Of a DNA stretch of 64,000 bases, positions 23,601 to 36,719 are shown in pieces. The notes beneath the pieces are model-generated. The model was not told the origin of the DNA. It ran no database searches and saw nothing but the letters and a program-made list of their open reading frames with translations. Position 1 is the first letter of the stretch. Every line of letters starts with the position of its first letter. Source of the DNA: Squalus acanthias (taxonomy: Eukaryota); contig CM059438.1 in the NCBI GenBank assembly GCA_030390025.1, positions 73,160,001 through 73,224,000 on the forward strand. The letters run 5' to 3'. The translations under genes were made by a program, and so were the position numbers.

Positions 23601-24130
23601 GTTTAAAGCCCTATCTACAACCCTAGTTATTCGATTCTCCAGGACACTGGTCCCAGCCTGGTTTAAGTGGAGCCCGTCCCAATGGAACAGCTCCCTCTTT
23701 CCTCAGTACTGGTGCCAGTGCCCCATGAATCAAAACCCATTTCTCCCACACCAATCTTTGAGCCACGCATTTAACTCTCTGATCTGCTTGACTCTATGCC
23801 AATTTGCGCGTGGCTCAGGTAGTAATCCAGAGATTATTACCCTTGAGGTTCTGCTTATTAATTTAGACCCTAGCTCCTCAAACCCCCTCAGCAGAACCTC
23901 ATTCTTGGTTCTACTTATGTCGTTGGTTCCTACATGGGCCACGACAACTGGATCCTCCCCCTCCCACTCCAAGTTCTTCTCCAGCCGCGAGGAGATATCC
24001 TTAACCCTGGCACCGGGCAGGCAACACAGCCTTCCGGACTCTCTTTCACGGCTGCAGAGAACAGTATTATCCCCCTGACTATACTGTCCCCTACTACTAC
24101 CACATTCCTTCCTTCTCCCCCATCTTCAAT
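20632..24130 (-). mobile_element. Near full-length degraded CR1 LINE (ORF1 esterase-like, APE endonuclease, RT)
   Basis: VVVGDSIVRG and VAHVGTNDI (SGNH-like ORF1); LYLNARSI..IAITETWL (APE); KSPGPDG, PQGSVLGP, FSDDTK (RT); many frameshifts. Confidence 0.95.
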
Positions 24131-24360
24131 CCCCATTACTTAACAATGCAGGCCACTTCCACGTTATCATAACAAAACATCTCACATTTTTCTTCTAGTC
24201 ACATGCCTCATTTAAACTAGATGCGCTTTACAGAATCAAATATAACTGCAAGCAAATATGAGCTTTGGTTATGATGTCAGCTGCATTCACCCACAATTGT
24301 CAATGGTAATTATAAACTGCACAACACAATTATCTTGAACGTTACAAATGAAATTCATAC

Positions 24361-24493
24361 CTGAGGGCTGCTTTGGGTGACCGGAGTTTCTTCTGCCTGG
24401 CTACGTTCAGGTATTCGTAATTTAGCCTCATTAAAGGCTGCCTGGGTCCGCAACCAGGGTGAGGATTCTTTTAGTCCACTGCCTTGGTACAGG
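24361..24493 (-). CDS. CACNA1B: CACNA1B exon 42, 133 nt
   Basis: CTTTTTCTGTCATTTAG|C acceptor; LYQGSGLKESSPWLRTQAAFNEAKLRIPERSQAEETPVTQSSPQ; CAG|GTATGA donor; SG.KES..W motif as in Cav2 tails. Confidence 0.9.
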
Positions 24494-26670
24494 CTAAATG
24501 ACAGAAAAAGTCATTAGTACAGTACAGGCCATCCTGTTAAACAACACGCTTTCTGTTATAACCTGACTGGGATCTAATCGCCAGACCTTTTTGTGATACA
24601 CATGCTTTATTATAGGGACACGCATTATGGTGTACACTTCCCAAACATTCAAAATACACAGCTCTGATGGAGTGTAATGTAATGAGGATAAAGTATATCT
24701 GTTCTATCAAAAAAAATTTAATTGTCACAATCAGATGGAGGCGCTATGTTAATAATCAGCCATTTAGAATCATGATGGAATAAACCAGCAGTCGGTGTGG
24801 CTGTGAAAGGGCGTTCGCTATTTGAACGGCACATTCAAATTTAAATGCACACTGATATTACAATAAAAATATATGGGAGTTGACTTAGTAATGTCCTCAT
24901 CATTGCTGAAAGAGACCAGTCATCATTTTTACTGCAATATCATGGTGCACAAGGAATGCAGTGAATCATTTCCACATGATGTATGTCATTGAGTCATGTT
25001 TGGCAAAAGGATTAACATTTGCACAAGACACCACAGATCTCTTTAATACCAGTGGCTGGTATTCAACTAATCTCCTCCCACAAAGGTCAAACTTAAAAAA
25101 TCGAGCATGAAATTAGATTAATGTGAAAGCACTTGGCATCCAACGTGAAAAGGAGCTAAAAGCCAAAAATGTTTCTCTTAAAAGAATGATTAATACTGCT
25201 GAGCAATGTCAGCGAGACACATTGACTGTGGCTGTGCTGGTGGGTCAGCGCCCACAGTCCTAATGAAACGATTACTAGAATTAGACACCTGTTGGTATTA
25301 TTTTCACAGCCCTCAGCCAATGTTTTCAACACCAGAGAAAGTAAAATGACAGTACAATGAAAACAACACTTGGACATGCTGTACTCCATTTGCTCCAAAT
25401 GTTGGCTGCTGCCAACTCAGAACAAAAGTACCTATTCCTCCCCTTCACTCGCATCACAAAAACAAAGCAACTCCAATAGAGAAGAGGCTCCAAATCCTGA
25501 TTGCCAGAGAAAACACAAATGGCACTGTTACAACTCACATTGAAAATAGCATTGGTCAAAATGTTACAATTCAAAACGTGCATCTGACCATTGTTCTGGT
25601 ACAATATTATAGGTTGTATAGGTTTCTATTTCACCAGCAACAGTGTGTTGCTTGCGATAAAAACCTCAATTTACTCATGAATACAGAATTCCTGAATTAC
25701 GTCTTTGATACTTGCACTGAGAAATGCAATACATCTCTATTGTTCCAATATGCTCCAGTGTTCCACTGTATTAGAATACAGTGCCACAGTCAATCATCAC
25801 TCAATAACCCACTTCACAGAGGAGATTCAAAGAGACACCCACATGATATCTAACAACAGGCATCACACAATACAGCGGTGTACCAAGACAATGCAGCACT
25901 GAAGTGGCAGACGAGGATTTGGACTGATGATGCTCCACAATTTGAGTTAGACTCAGATAGGCATGGTGGGAGGGCAGAGAATTGAAGAGTAAGTCAATTC
26001 AGTCTGCTTATGCACACATTGTAGCGGCCAATTACAGAATAGCATTGATAGCAGATCATCTATCTAACCTCATTGCCAGGGGAATTTGTGTGGTATGGGA
26101 ATTAAAAGGTAAGAGAAAATAAATCGGAGGGAAAAAGTTAAATTTTCACCTCAGAATACATTTTTACATTGCATGATGAATCAACACAATATTGAAGATT
26201 GGGCTTTAACATTCGAGATTTTTTCTGCAGCTTTGAGATAATAATTTAGGATGGAAACTGACAAGAGTAATGATTGATCTGCATCAAGTTTTAATACATG
26301 TAGGTTGCAACGCTACAAACTGTTCCATGAAGGAAAATCTCCACACACTGGGAGCTACAGCAGAGCAACAATTGCCCAGCAGCCAGCACAACAAGAGCTT
26401 CTATGCAAGTGGTTTCTCACTGTTTATGGGAACATCAATTATTTTGAGAACAAGTAAAAGCCATTTGGCCCAACCTGGACAACTTTTCCTGGTTGATCTC
26501 CCTACCACCGTCTCACTATATCCCTCAATCCCTCCCCAAAATATCCAGTGTTCTCTTCAATTCATGTATACTTGACCTCCCCTTGTAATTTATCCCCTAT
26601 GCCTATTGGCCCTTGTATTGCGTAAGTCTGAGATACATCAAGACATTGATTAGAAATCTCAACTACTTAC

Positions 26671-26792
26671 GCATTTCCACCATTGTTGAGCGTGTTCTTA
26701 CTCATCTGGCGATATGTGTTGTTATGTGAGGGGGGCTCTTCTTGCGTTGGTGTCAAAGCTCCCACCATGCGCTGAAAGAACGATGTTCGAGT
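26671..26792 (-). CDS. CACNA1B: CACNA1B exon 41, 122 nt
   Basis: CACACAG|ACT acceptor; TRTSFFQRMVGALTPTQEEPPSHNNTYRQMSKNTLNNGGN(A); GC|GTAAGT donor; phase matches neighbours. Confidence 0.9.
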
Positions 26793-28749
26793 CTGTGTGA
26801 AGTATAATACAGCGCGGGTTCGGCATGAAAGGGACTTATGGATGCAAACCAAAAAAAAAAATGTCCAAGCAAAATCAAAGGCAAAAATCTGATGAGACTG
26901 ATTCATTGGTGGACCCCACCGCTGGATATTGGCAATTGCATGGAAACGTGCGTGGCCTTACAATGATGTATTGTAAATGCCACGCAGTGTTAACCCTCCT
27001 TCTGGACTTTCTTTAAGCCCTTCGATCTCGCATACAGAAAGGATGGCAATTGGTAATTTACTGAAAAATTGCACCACAGAATGACAGCAGATTACAGTAC
27101 ATAACAGGCAATGGGTTATCTAGTCAGCTGTCATGAGGTGGATTATTTTTAAGGAAATCAGCGCTTTCCAATTTATTTTCTCCCGGGATCAATTACATGG
27201 TTTTCGTATCAAAAGTTTGAAGGAAAAAAATAATTTAAGAGCAAGCTTTTGCTCATTTTAGGCAAAAATCTGTCTTTGAATCCAAATGGGCATGGAGTAA
27301 TACAGGCCAGGTGATAGGTATAGCAGCCATGCAACACTGTACTCAATATCAGGCCTTTGTTTCAGCTTGGTGACTATTGGCAGTCAGGAGAGAGCCATCA
27401 GTCTGGGAGAAAGCAGCTCAAAGGATGAGGAAAGGTGCGGAGGGCAGCAATGGGCGAGGCAGGCTGGAGCAAGAATTGGACGGATGGTGGAATGCAGGTG
27501 GAGGGACAAGGATCGCAGACAGCACAAAATGGTATACGTACAAAGAAAATGCAGAGAATTTGAGACCAGCGTAAAAGAGAGGGACACAAAAATGGCTCAG
27601 GAGGTAATGTACGCATGCTTACATTGAAGCAAATGGGGCATTGTTGGAAAGACAATGACAATAGTTCTAATGGAGAAATAAACAATTGTAAATTGTCCCC
27701 ACATTGCAGTTATGTCACTTATGCTGCTACCAATGTGAGTACAAACAGCATTCACATAGCTACTTTGGGCCTTGTGTTTAGTTGCCTCCTTCTCACATTC
27801 ACTCACTGAACACACATCAGCTTTCGATTCCAGTAGGGAGACAACCCACCCAGCAGCAAAAATGAACAGCAGTCAGCACTGGGCAAACCTGCAACTGAAG
27901 AAGTGAGAGGCCAGCCATGTAACCGCTGTACTGATGGGAGGGCAACTAATAAAATGGACTCTCAGATTTTTATAAGCTAAACTAATGATTTCAGTTTTAT
28001 TTTATACCTGTCTTACATTGATGAATGAGGAAAAGTGAAATCATCGTATATTTCAAGAGAGGGAGAGAAATAAATTTGTGCTCTGTACAGTCCTTGTGGT
28101 AAGGGTCAAATCTCTAGCGATCCCGTGGAAGGGAGATCTGTTTTCTCTGGTGGTCTAATGATTGCGGAGGGCCTTTGCTTCCTGTTAGTCTAATGAGGGA
28201 AACATTGTTCTTCAGCTTTGGCAACACCACGTTTTCAGGCCTCTATAGTCAAACCAACCCCTTTCCCCAACAGAAAGAGTAAGTCACAAACATGCCTAAT
28301 TTTAGAAAATAATTTCTGATTGCCAATGGGCAGAGGTGGAGAAAAGACAAAGTCCTTGGAGCTGGTCTTCCATTAGCTCTATAGGCAATAGAATGGTAAC
28401 TGGCAGGGGGAGCCAAATATGAGTGGAGACAAATTCAAAATGGAGAATTAAAGAAAAAATATTTCATGGTAAATACTGGATGGACTGGATATCTAGAAGC
28501 AGGCGCAGCCTCAAGACTCCCTACTGCTCTTAAGTATTCTTCCAAAACACAAATCTTTGAATTGTTGAAAGTTTACCTCAAAAATAAGGGAAGGCAATTT
28601 TCTTTTACTTTAGGACATAAGAACAAGATAGGAAAACAAGAACATCAGGATGAGAATAGCCATTTGGCTCAACGAATGCATTCTATCCAGAATACATGCA
28701 TCATGGACTTTCCCCACCTCTGGTTCTTGTTGATCCCGTATTTTCAGAA

Positions 28750-28960
28750 ACAAGGTTGGGGGGGGGGGGGGGGGGGGCGGGAATTGAACTTCGGCACCTG
28801 GGTGGTAACCTGGCAGCGCGGATCGCCAGCTTGTTGTACAACCTGCCCAATCTTTGTTCCATTGATTTCACTGGGATGAAAATTAGCCGGATTCTACAAT
28901 GGTTGGGCAATCCACTCTGCCAAGTTACTGCCCAAATGGTGCAGATGAAAATTACCCCCA
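28750..28960. mobile_element. MITE-like remnant with GGGGG...AAAATTACCCCC terminus
   Basis: GC-rich island ending in GAAAATTACCCCC, similar to the 52990 terminus. Confidence 0.4.
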
Positions 28961-29388
28961 GTAAGTTCCCTCCCGCTGTGAAAAAACCCAAAAGCTGTCC
29001 TAATGTAGGAGAAAGAGTAACACACACACATGTATATACATATAGACACATGCATACATAGAAGCCCAGTGTGTTTATTACTGATTTTTTTTTAAAAAAA
29101 GGATTTGAAGCAGGCCTGTTATACTGCTCCAGTAATCAGTGCAAAGTGGTCTAAAATGGGACAGTGTGAGCAGTTAAGACATCCTAAAAATCCTACAGGA
29201 AAAGAAGCTGAACATTATTGGGAACAGCATGATGTCCAACCAAATTTACACATAATTTGTGGAATTCATTGCTGAAGCGGGTGGGATGGAATATATATTA
29301 ACAGATACATTTACATGGGGCTAAAATAGTGATCTCATTAAACAGCTGCTGGGCTGAGGAGTTAGCAAGTATTGAACAACCCACGCAG

Positions 29389-29408
29389 CGAGAGAGAGAG
29401 AGAGAGAG
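29389..29408 (+). repeat. (GA)n microsatellite
   Basis: Direct observation. Confidence 0.9.
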
Positions 29409-29563
29409 AAGTTAAATAGCCAGTACACATTTTGGAATATGCAAAGTTCCATTCTTGATATAAACGCTGTGAAAGATATTTAGAGAAATATTCCTATGAT
29501 GGAAACTTAGAAACAGTGGGTCAATAATCACGTGCTGGTTCATGACTGAGTCGTTCTGGTTAC

Positions 29564-29673
29564 CTGCGGCAAGCTGCCAGGCTGCTGTTGCTGCATTCTT
29601 TTACTTTTGTTCTGCTTATAATAATCAAAAATCATCAGAGCTGCGTAGACTTTCCCCACCGTCAACTCTGTAG
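29564..29673 (-). CDS. CACNA1B: CACNA1B exon 40 (IQ-like calmodulin-binding motif), 110 nt
   Basis: TTTCTTTCTGCAG|CT acceptor; (P)[36 protein letters not shown]; CAG|GTAACC donor; IFD.YKQNK is Cav2.2-type (Cav2.1 IMEYYRQSK, Cav2.3 IMDYYKQSK). Confidence 0.96.
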
Positions 29674-29988
29674 CTGCAGAAAGAAATAAAAATATGAGCG
29701 CGATCCCCACTCTTGCCAGCCTTACCCTTTCAATTCAGTGAATCTCAGTAGACTGTCCTTCTCAATTAGGATTAATTAAGGACAAAATTTCTTGGGGCAT
29801 TTTCTTTTACAAGTATTTCTTTATCCCTTATTGAGCCATTGTGCTATCCAAAAATTGAGAACAAGGTATATAGATTAAAAAAATTAAACACAGTGAACAG
29901 TTGCTTTAACATAAAAGGGTGAGGAAGAGTCCTCGGGGTCTGACATATTAGTTAATGGTGACCCTGGATAGATGTGTGTGAAAACAGA

Positions 29989-30748
29989 GGGCCGTATTTT
30001 CCGATTGGAGGCTTCCTGCGTGCGGAGGCCTCCGATCTGGAAAAAATCTACAGACTTACCCGAGGGCTCCCGCGGTCCGGACACTTCCACTCCTGGGCCT
30101 CTCCAAACTTGAAATGCGCAGGGCCCACGTATCCCAGAGGCGCATGCGGTTCGCAAGCGTCCCTGGGATCACATGGGCCATGGGGAGCCAATAGGAGAAG
30201 GGAATCTCCCTTCATACACTTGACAGATAGACCTGTCAAATATATGAATGGAGATCACCCCAAAAACCCTGTAAAACATTAAATACATTTTTATAAACCA
30301 CATTTTTAAAATTAGTTGAAATTACAATAATTTAATATTTTAAACAAAAATTTAATTTTTTGAAAAAATAATTAAAGTTTTTTACAGGGCTAAAAATAAA
30401 CTTACCTTTTTAAAAAAAAGTATTTTTAAATAATAAATGAGTGAAAAACTTTTTTTTTTTAAACTTAAAAAAATCTTATGCTGGTAAAAGCAGGCCTTAC
30501 TCCTGCTTTTACCAGGCGTAAGATTTCTAAGGGTTTTCTGCGGGCGGAGGTTCTCCAGAAAGCGGAACTATCCGCCCGCAGAGGCCCTTCTCCAGGGCAG
30601 GCGTCCGATCTGTCAAGAGCATTCTTGACAGAATGGAAATGCCAGTTTTCAACGCATGCGCTTGGCATGCCTGAAACCAGCATTTCCGATGTCCCTACGG
30701 GTGTGTACACAGCTCGTACACACCTGTAGGAATCGGAATATACGGCCC
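29989..30748 (+). mobile_element. ~760-bp non-autonomous TIR element (PIF/Harbinger-like MITE), copy 1
   Basis: TIR GGGCCGTATTTTCCGAT / ATCGGAATATACGGCCC; AGA on both flanks; colinear with 57262-58012. Confidence 0.85.
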
Positions 30749-32877
30749 AGAGTTTCTCGTCAGTATGGTTGCTCTGACATTTCTAATAACCCTTCTAGAC
30801 TCTCAAAAATCAAGCCAATGATTGCTGACCACAGATCTAAAAATGGGTGCATCGGATACACATTGAAGATTTTTTAATTCTTAAAAGAGATTAATAACTT
30901 GCTTTAATTTTGTCTGTGGAGGCACTGGTTCAAATTAATAAAAGGCAAATTTAGGGCTGATGTCAGGAGTTTCCTGGTCACACAAAAAGTGATCAACACA
31001 TGGAATTGGCTTCTGGGTAGGGTAGTGGAGGCAAAAACTTGCGAAGAAACAATTGGATACAGTGAAGCAGGCAACCTGGGCGACAAGGACAGCAAACGCA
31101 TTGTAGAAATGAACAGCAAATTTCACAGATTCTGACCTGCATGTCCTCATAACTAAGATATGGAAAAGGAGGGCTCAGAGACCTGCAAGAATGTGGTGCA
31201 TACTTTGTGAAGGGAAGTAACTGTGCCAGTGAGTGCTACCTTCTTGAACACCTGGATTCCTTTTCAGTGAAAGAAGAAATTCTTTATAGGTGTGGCCATC
31301 CTTCACTTATTACCCTCACAACGTCAGAGAAGTCAAAGGTGAAAGTGGGATCTGGCAGTGGGGAGGTTCTGCAGAAGCCAGCCTCTGTCACTTATTTTCT
31401 TCCTGTTCCTGTTCTGCCTCCAATATAGGGACATATATGGAATGCCATAAGGTCTCTGTGGCAGAAGGTTGGGAAACACAAGATTTCCCTGCCTGAAAGG
31501 CTGCCTGCAGATTCCTTTCCTAGCTTCACGGCTGAGAAAATAATTTTCAAAACACTTGGGTCAAAGCTGATGTTTCAGATAAAGTTTGCGGACATTCAAG
31601 GCCTGTGAACTCAACCACTTCCTGGTCTGACAAGTCGTGCGGAATTTCCCCTCTTCTCGACAGGCTTAACTTGATTCAAGCGCAATTCTGGTGTAAATGA
31701 TGGAATTTATGGGACAGCAGCTTTGGCCCTCAGTTGAAAACGTGCATCAGTGAGGTTGATGGTATCTTCTGCTTTGTAATTCATGGCTTCCTAGATCTTT
31801 TTGGGTTGACATACTATTTGCCATAACGTTAAAAACAACAAAAAAAAATCACTAACGTCTCTTTTCTAGCTAGATTACTACAGAGGAACACCATGCAACT
31901 CATATTCAAATCATGATTCAAATAACTCGCCCTCAATTTGGTCACGCACCAGTTACGTGGCCTCCTTCACTCATAGATTAAACATACTATTCAACAGCTT
32001 CAATTATGGTGTTCTCTATTTATCATTGCTGATCTTAAGTAAATGAAGAGTGTAATCGCACATGAGCTGGAGTTTCTTTATTTAGTATTTTACACCATTC
32101 TGTGCTACTTTCTGGAGTTTGCTACTGGACACCCAACAATTTTAGAAAATGCAAGTTGATATGCCACAGTGCTGCACACAGAGCGCAAGAACTGACGGCT
32201 CTGAGAGAGAAAGCAGTAAGATGGGATTTGCCACCTCAACCAATGGCTCAAAATGATCAACAAGAATAAATAAAAGGCACAAAAAGCTTCCAACTTCTCC
32301 CTCATTATAACCTTCCCTGCCTATTTTATGTGACTACTATGGGTATCGTTACTGTAAACTTTCTTCCTGTGTTCCTCCTAAGCTCCAAGCACACCATCCT
32401 ACATGGTCTTCCTCCTCCCTGTATCCAGCTGTACTGAAGTCTCTGATCACCTGTTACTTAACAGGGCCTCAAAACTGTGGAATTATTCAGCTACCTTAGC
32501 GTTCCCTTCCTCGCACAATCTATGGGCTTTTAACACCGAAGCTTGGTGTTGCCAAATTACTACTACTTCATTTATTTCCGACATCTTTTCCTTTTCAACC
32601 TCAGTGTTGTCCTGCATTATGGGCCGAGGCTCTTCAGCCAAGTTCTCAGTAATAAAATATCAGATTATTTCCCAAATTAAATCAAAGCTAGATACTTCAG
32701 TTCATTTATTTGGGTTCAGCTATTACTAATAATATACTTTTGCATTTTTTGAGATTGAACAACGGTAATATATCAATTGAAATCATGCCATAAAAATATT
32801 GACCCAATAAGCACAACCAATGCATTTTTATGTCCTTTAGGCAAACCAAACCCTCTGGACTTAGAAAGAATACTCAC

Positions 32878-32985
32878 GTCTATGTGGAGGCACCAGTATA
32901 TCCAGAATCTTCTGAGACAAGTTCGGCCAAACAGCAGTTATTTCCTTCCGAAGTTCGGCATCACATTGCTGCTGGTATGCACCTC
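32878..32985 (-). CDS. CACNA1B: CACNA1B exon 39, 108 nt
   Basis: TCTTCTCCCGTAG|GA acceptor; (G)[35 protein letters not shown]; C|GTGAGT donor. Confidence 0.95.
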
Positions 32986-33989
32986 CTACGGGAGAAGACA
33001 GGCACAGTCAGACTCTGCTCCTGCTCCAGAATATATAGAAATTATTGTTCTGTACCTGCTCTGATCCACATCCAGGCAAACGGCAGCTGTATTTATGTTC
33101 ACCATGTGTGCAAGGCTAACTGAAAAGGCCTGAGCCCTTGGGGTTATCACCATGAAGCAACATGTTGCGCCAACATTTTTGTCCATTCATTACATATCTA
33201 CCCCGACAGTGCAGGAAGAAAACAATCCTTCAGACAAGCAGATCAATAGGAGATAAATTGTGACTCTACATACTTGGGATAGAAGCAAAATTAGCTGAGA
33301 TATAGAGATAGCCACTGGAATCAAAAGGACTTATTTGCAATTTAAGAATGCCCACGAGAAGAGTAAACACAGGGGAGGGGGAATTACAGGCAAATGATGA
33401 AAGAGAGATGGGAGATAGTGAAAGAGCATACATGCCTCATTAGTGCTGAAGTATAAATATAATTTACTCCCTGCAAATGGTGAGCAGGGACAATCTTCTC
33501 GCTCTAAAAAAAACACTTGTGAAAATAACTCATTACAGGACCAAGCACATTCCAGCTGCTTTCCTAGGCTATCACAATCGATTTTTATTACGACATAGTA
33601 AAGTAAGTCTACTAGTATTTACAAAATATCTAAAGCACCATTTGACTATTCGATGTATCTTACAGAATTTCTTTTACAGTTACTAATTTAACTTTTGGAT
33701 TAAAAAAAACTTGTGGTACTGAAATTTAAAAAAGCACAAAATGAGTTCCAACACCGAAGGTTTGGCAAAGTGGACTGCAGCTACTCAAACAGAACTTTTA
33801 CACCGTTTTTCCCTCTGAAGCTGTTAGAAAACAGCTACTCCTCTAGCTATGAACTGAAAAGGAACAAAATCAATTTACTAGATTGTTGTGAACTTGATTT
33901 AATTCAGTTTTAAAGTGACCATTTTGCCCAATTATTCCCTAGACCACCTACAATTAACTCAATCATGAACAGTACCCGCTACAATCATG

Positions 33990-34192
33990 AACTAGAATGC
34001 ACTGTCTGAAAGGGTGGTGGAAGCAGATTCAATAATAACTTTCAAAAGGGAATTGGATAAATACCCGAAAAGGAGAAATTTGCAGGACTATGGAGGAAGA
34101 ACCGGGCAGTGGGACCAATTGGATGGCTCTTTCAAAGAGCCGGGACAGACATGATAGGCTGAATGGCCTCCTTCTGATCTGTGTGATTCTAT
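33990..34192 (+). mobile_element. CR1 3' tail fragment
   Basis: GAAGGGTGGTGGAAGCAGATTC...GGCTGAATGGCCTCCTTCTG...GATTCTAT. Confidence 0.75.
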
Positions 34193-34492
34193 CATACCCA
34201 ACTTCTTTAAACTACTGGCAGTGCAGATAAAACTTTCAAGATAAACCTCAGCAAAATATAGCAAAACTCTTGACAGCCATTTGGATTAACAATTCCTAAA
34301 TCTTACAAAATGTGTGATCAGTTTGAACACCTTTAGAATTAAGTGCAAATACACACTTTGGACAGCTTGCTTCCACTGACTGCCAGAAAATAGATAGCCC
34401 CTTTACCCACTGCTGCTGTCAGAGAAATCGACCTCTTGGATACGTATAACCCTCCACCGCTTCATTTAACAACTCTGATGACAACTGATTCT

Positions 34493-34635
34493 CAGGGAGT
34501 GAAGGGTTATGGGGAGCGGGCAGGGAAGTGGCTTTGAGCCCAAGATCAGCCATGATCTTACTGAATGGCAGAGCAGGCTCGAGGGACCAAGTGGCCTATT
34601 CCTGCTCCTATTTCTTATGTTCTTCTTATGTTCTG
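34493..34635 (+). mobile_element. CR1 3' tail fragment
   Basis: AAGGGTTATGGGGAGCGGGCAGG...GATCAGCCATGATC...CTCCTATTTCTTATGTTC. Confidence 0.8.
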
Positions 34636-34898
34636 ATAGATGCACAGTCCCAACTCAATTGTAAAGGAACTGGATATCTCAGATGCAAAGCAATTTCTCA
34701 GCTTTTCATGGTCCTTACATTTCTACTTATTTAGGAGCTATAGTGTTTGTAACTGCATTTTCTGTATCGTCAAGACTGCTACCTACCTTAGCCAGTATTT
34801 CCAACATACTTTCTTTCTCACTCAGCTGTCTGCACAGAAGCTGTCTTACTTCCTGCTTTGAAGTCTTCATTATTATCCATTTCTAATGCTCATTTGGT

Positions 34899-35866
34899 CA
34901 GTCTATTTAAATGTCCAACAAACACTATACAGTACTGAGAGGGCATTGTGAAATCACAGATCTTGGCAGTGTGATCTCACCATTTTGGTCTCAATAGTTA
35001 ATCAACTTACATGCAGGGTATTCGAGAATGACTGCCAGCTTATTTTAACACCTGCGATTATGTTCTACCTGAAAATCTCAATTCACAATGCTGACATTCT
35101 TGCAGTTTTTCAAAACTATATATTTTCTGCAAAATGATGAAGAGACAGTTTAGTTGGGTAATGTCTTTTGTTGGAAGCTGTGTTTGCTCCCTGGATGGAA
35201 TTGAGAGATATATATTTCTGATGAAGTATTATATTACAGCATTGCAAGGGAGCTTCATGAGTTTATCAGAAGAAAACTAACTGAGCTGACCATTGAAACA
35301 GGTACAACACTGTCTGAGATTGGGAATATCTATGAATTCCTTAGCCCTGTGAGGTTTGCTTTAAATATTCCTATTATTGTACACCCAAATGCAAAGTTGT
35401 TTTTCTCTTTTTAGAGAAATGTAACTCTGAGGTAATCCTGGCTTTCATTGTCTCCAGGTAACCAGCCTCACAGAATTCTCTGCTGGCCTGAGTCAGGCTT
35501 CATAACTCCCTCGCAGGAGGGAGTGATGCACTTGTATGCAATGTTCTGGTGAATCCCAGCATTTCTCACTGAAGAGCAAGAAAAAAGTAAGAGAATGCTA
35601 TAGACGTGAGCTATTCCCGCTTTCACAGCAGTGCCGAAAGCCATCTACTAAAATTATAAAGCTGATTTTTCCATGTAAATCGTAATAACTGAGCCGCTTG
35701 AAATATAATTTTCATTGGGATTATGCCAGTCTATTTAAATGTCCAACAAACACTATACAGTACTGAGATGGCATTGTGAAATCACAGATTTTGGCAGTGT
35801 GATCTCACCATTTTGGTCTCAAAAGTTAATCAACTTACATGCAGGGTATTCGAGAATGACTGCCAG
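34899..35866 (+). repeat. 140-bp direct duplication (34899-35038 and 35727-35866)
   Basis: The two copies differ at 3 positions by eye. Confidence 0.95.
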
Positions 35867-36532
35867 AAATATATACATATATATATATATATAAAAAAGT
35901 CAGTACAATAAAGGCCTTTCTATAGTGTAATAGGTTCCAGGCTTTATCTGAAGAAATCCACTGTGAATTACATCACCTATCAGAAGACGCATAGTGTCAC
36001 TATAGTTCTGTTCCAGTCCGAATAATGCCGAATAACTGACTGACTGACAAGTTGCACAGCCAAGGAAAACAGATGTCTATCAGCATCTCGCGTTACTGAG
36101 CATTTACAGGAAGTGGGATAGATGACCTCAGTACCCAGACTGTGAGAGCAGCGGCTGTACTGGTTAACACAGGAGGCCTTGAATTAATCGGGAAAAACCA
36201 CACAGAAAGAGATGCGTTCTAGAAAAGATAATGCAAATTGGCATGGTGATGAAATCAAAAATAACCCATTCTCCTTGTATGATGTGTGATTATTACTGTT
36301 GTCGGCTATAATCCATTAAAATAGAAAAACAGATCCCTCATCTCCAGGGTAGCATTCCGTATTCCTGTAGTGAGGACCTTGACTTCACTGACATTATTAT
36401 GGACAGACACATCTACAAAAACGCTCCAGGAGTCACTCATTCCCATTCGGGAGGATAGGCATTCAGATTGAACTGACTTGGATTTGGATCACCTTAAATT
36501 CATGTAAACCAAATGCGAGTCGCACAAATGCA

Positions 36533-36719
36533 AAAGCAAAATACCGCGGAAGCTGGAAATCTGAAATAAAAACAGAAAATACTGGAAATACTCAGCAGGT
36601 CAGGCAGCATCTGTAGAGAGAGAAACAGAGTTAACGTTTCAGGTCGACGAAGTTCTGACGAAGGGTCATCGACCTGAAACCTTAACTCTGTTTCTCTCTC
36701 TACAGATGCTGCTTTTATT
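36533..36719. mobile_element. Palindromic Penelope pLTR fragment with 11-bp TSD and hammerhead-like motif
   Basis: Inverted repeat 36604-36647 / 36669-36712; GCACAAATGCA flanks at 36522-36532 and 36720-36730; matches the terminus of the 59315 element. Confidence 0.9.

Noticed and set aside
32981-32990. TAGGAG NAGNAG acceptor at e39
   Set aside because: Distal GAG acceptors are rarely used, and homology supports the first AG
34964-34985. TGGCAGTGT (miR-34-like 5' end) inside a small hairpin
   Set aside because: Stem too short for a pre-miRNA and the match is limited to 9 nt
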